Assembly: GCA_035221665.1 (NCBI GenBank)
Contig: CM069152.1
Location: 15,128,001 to 15,192,000 of the forward strand
DNA: 64,000 bases
DNA from: Okamejei kenojei
Lineage: Eukaryota
Direction of reading: 5' to 3'
In this document: positions 62,170-64,000 of the stretch, piece by piece
How positions within the stretch are numbered: position 1 is the first letter of the stretch
Layout: each line of letters begins with the position of its first letter
Made by a program: the position numbers and the translations under genes
The notes under the pieces: model-generated
Databases searched by the model: none
What the model saw: the letters and a program-made list of their open reading frames with translations, nothing else
What the model was told of the DNA's origin: nothing

Positions 62170-62852
62170 CTAACTGATCTTCTTGGAATTTTCATCCTTT
62201 TCCAATCAAAGTGTTCTCCCGTAATCATAGAAAACAGACGGTGAATGGTCTGTCAAAACTGCCGCCGTCTGTGGATTACATCGGGATCCTAATTTTCGGA
62301 TGAGTTCTCCCCCCTTGGATTTTCCAGGCATCTTGGCATGCCCGCTGTCTCAGGTTTTCTTCAGGCAACGGAAAATCCCTTGGTTTTGTTGAAGTAAAAA
62401 TTTGTTTGTCCGTGACGATCATCTTGAGGCTCAGGAAGACCTGGACTTTTCCCATTTCTCTCCTCCCCCGGGTCAATGATGAGCCTCTCCCCGCTGACGA
62501 AATGGATCTGGGAGAGGGGGAAGAACTGGTGCCAGTTCTCTCACCAGGTGCAAGGCGTAGATTCCCCAATACGGATATGGCGCTCCAAGAGGCGTCGATC
62601 AGGCCCAGGGGCCTGCCGTTCTTGAAGTCCAGCCACCTGCGAAGTCTGTGGGAAATCACGGGTTACTTGACAGTTGTATGGGAAGGGGGTTAAATCCGGA
62701 AATGGCTCTGGTTCACTGGGTTCCTGACCACCACCACCAGCTTGGTGCCCTTTGCCATGGAGAAGATGCGCTTTGGTGCCTCCCTGGTGACGAAGTAACT
62801 GGGCGTTTTCTCCATGGTCAGCTGGCCATCCAATGTCTTCGGCATCAAGCTT
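62170..62852 (-). CDS. HS3ST4: Terminal coding exon of heparan sulfate glucosamine 3-O-sulfotransferase (HS3ST4-like); frameshifted as sequenced
   Basis: A polypyrimidine tract plus AG acceptor (minus strand: tctttcttttgctttcag) ends at 62853. It is followed by [46 protein letters not shown]. Across shifted frames come [38 protein letters not shown] and ITGEHFDW, with a probable TAG at 62170-62172 if one further indel is allowed. [27 protein letters not shown] and PDVIHR favour HS3ST4 over HS3ST2/3/6. The family call is firm; the paralog call is less so. Confidence 0.85.
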
Positions 62853-63044
62853 CTGAAAGCAAAAGAAAGACAGACACTTAAGAACAAAAGGCGATCGTAT
62901 CTCCTCACTCCCTCCAAGCACCTCCCTCCAGTAAATGTATCGTGCCACCGAGAAACCAGGCCATACTTAAAGCACAGACAATATCATTAAATCAGCAGAA
63001 TAACCCAAGCCTGGTTCTTTCTAGGCTCATTGGCAAAAGATTTA

Positions 63045-63400
63045 CATTTTGCACGGGCAGCTTACAATCCAGCGGTACGAATATTGATTTTTCTAACTTC
63101 AAGTAACCCTTGCATTCCCTCTCTCTCCGCCCCTTCCCATCCTAGTCGTTTCACTGTCGTCCTGCTTAGTTTCACTGTTTTTATCCACTAGTTATTACCT
63201 TCTCCACAGCCAACAATGGACCATTGTGGGCTCCACCTGGCCTTGATCATCTGATTGGCCATGATTTGTTCTTTGTACCGTTTCCTATCTCTATTTTCCC
63301 TCTCCCCCGACCCTCAATCTGAAGGAGGGTCTCGACCCGAAACGTCACCTGTTCCTTTGCTCCAGAGATGCTGCCTGAGCCGCTGAGTTACTCTAGCACT
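63045..63400 (+). mobile_element. Penelope-like element 3' end in the HS3ST intron
   Basis: GSLQSSGTNIDFSNFK* (stop at 63104), UTR, and terminal repeat ctgaaggagggtctcgacccgaaacgtc at 63319-63346. Confidence 0.8.
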
Positions 63401-64000
63401 CAGGTTCATTCCCTTCACCAAACTGCCTGTTCAGTTGAGAGCAGCTAAGTCAGCAAAATAATCCATCAGAAACAAAGAGTGAACCATCCAGAACTGTTCA
63501 ACGTAACATAGGGCCATTGCAGGTAGCCCCACACATTACATTCATACTGGGTAGCATCGCCTGTAGTCCTGAAGAAGTCAGTAAGTAAATAAGTAAGTTG
63601 ATTGGCCAAGTATTCACATACAAGGAATTTGCCCTGGTGCTCCACCCACAAGTAACAACATGACATACAGTGACAGTTACGAATGGCTCAGAAAACACTG
63701 AACATTAATAATAATAAAACATTCATGATGAAACACCATTGATCAAACATGTGAACCAACACAATACCAGATCAAAGGCAGGCTACAGATGTTTGGCTGT
63801 TGAGTAGAGCAACTACTCGTGGATAAAAACAGTTTTTATGTCTGGCTGTGGCAGCTTTGACAGTCCGGAGATGCTGCCTGTCCAGCTGAGTTACTCCAGC
63901 ATTTAGTGTCTACCTTTTCTCCAGAGAGTTGCCTGACTTGCTGAGTTACTCCAGCGTAGTGCCTTGCGGGTTTTTTTTTTTACACAGGGCATAAGGTCAT

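Overview
This is eukaryotic vertebrate genomic DNA. Its repeat content (HE1/V-SINE-type SINEs, HER1/CR1 LINEs) points to a cartilaginous fish, most likely a skate or ray; that is an inference. The window is mostly repeat-dense non-coding sequence. The only convincing host gene segment is the terminal coding exon of a heparan sulfate 3-O-sulfotransferase, closest to HS3ST4, on the minus strand at about 62170-62852. Its many frameshifts are probably errors in a low-quality stretch. The rest is the 3' flank of that gene. It holds about 30 tRNA-derived HE1-like SINE copies and many CR1 and Rex1/Babar LINE fragments. It also has one L1 3' end with a target-site duplication (TSD), Penelope-like element (PLE) fragments, Harbinger-type MITEs, a hAT MITE with an 8-bp TSD, and a probable non-autonomous Helitron carrying a 48-bp minisatellite. 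The most notable signals are: (i) a high-copy PLE terminal repeat whose consensus folds as a minimal hammerhead ribozyme and often occurs as fold-back pairs; (ii) two different Harbinger MITEs inserted at essentially the same site in the SINE head; (iii) the Helitron; (iv) a SINE flanked by ~120-bp direct repeats; (v) a dispersed, decayed ~66-bp tandem repeat. The C-rich, gap-riddled block at 55790-60080 is most likely an assembly artefact. No prokaryotic systems or CRISPR arrays are present. All family assignments come from recognition by eye, not from database searches.
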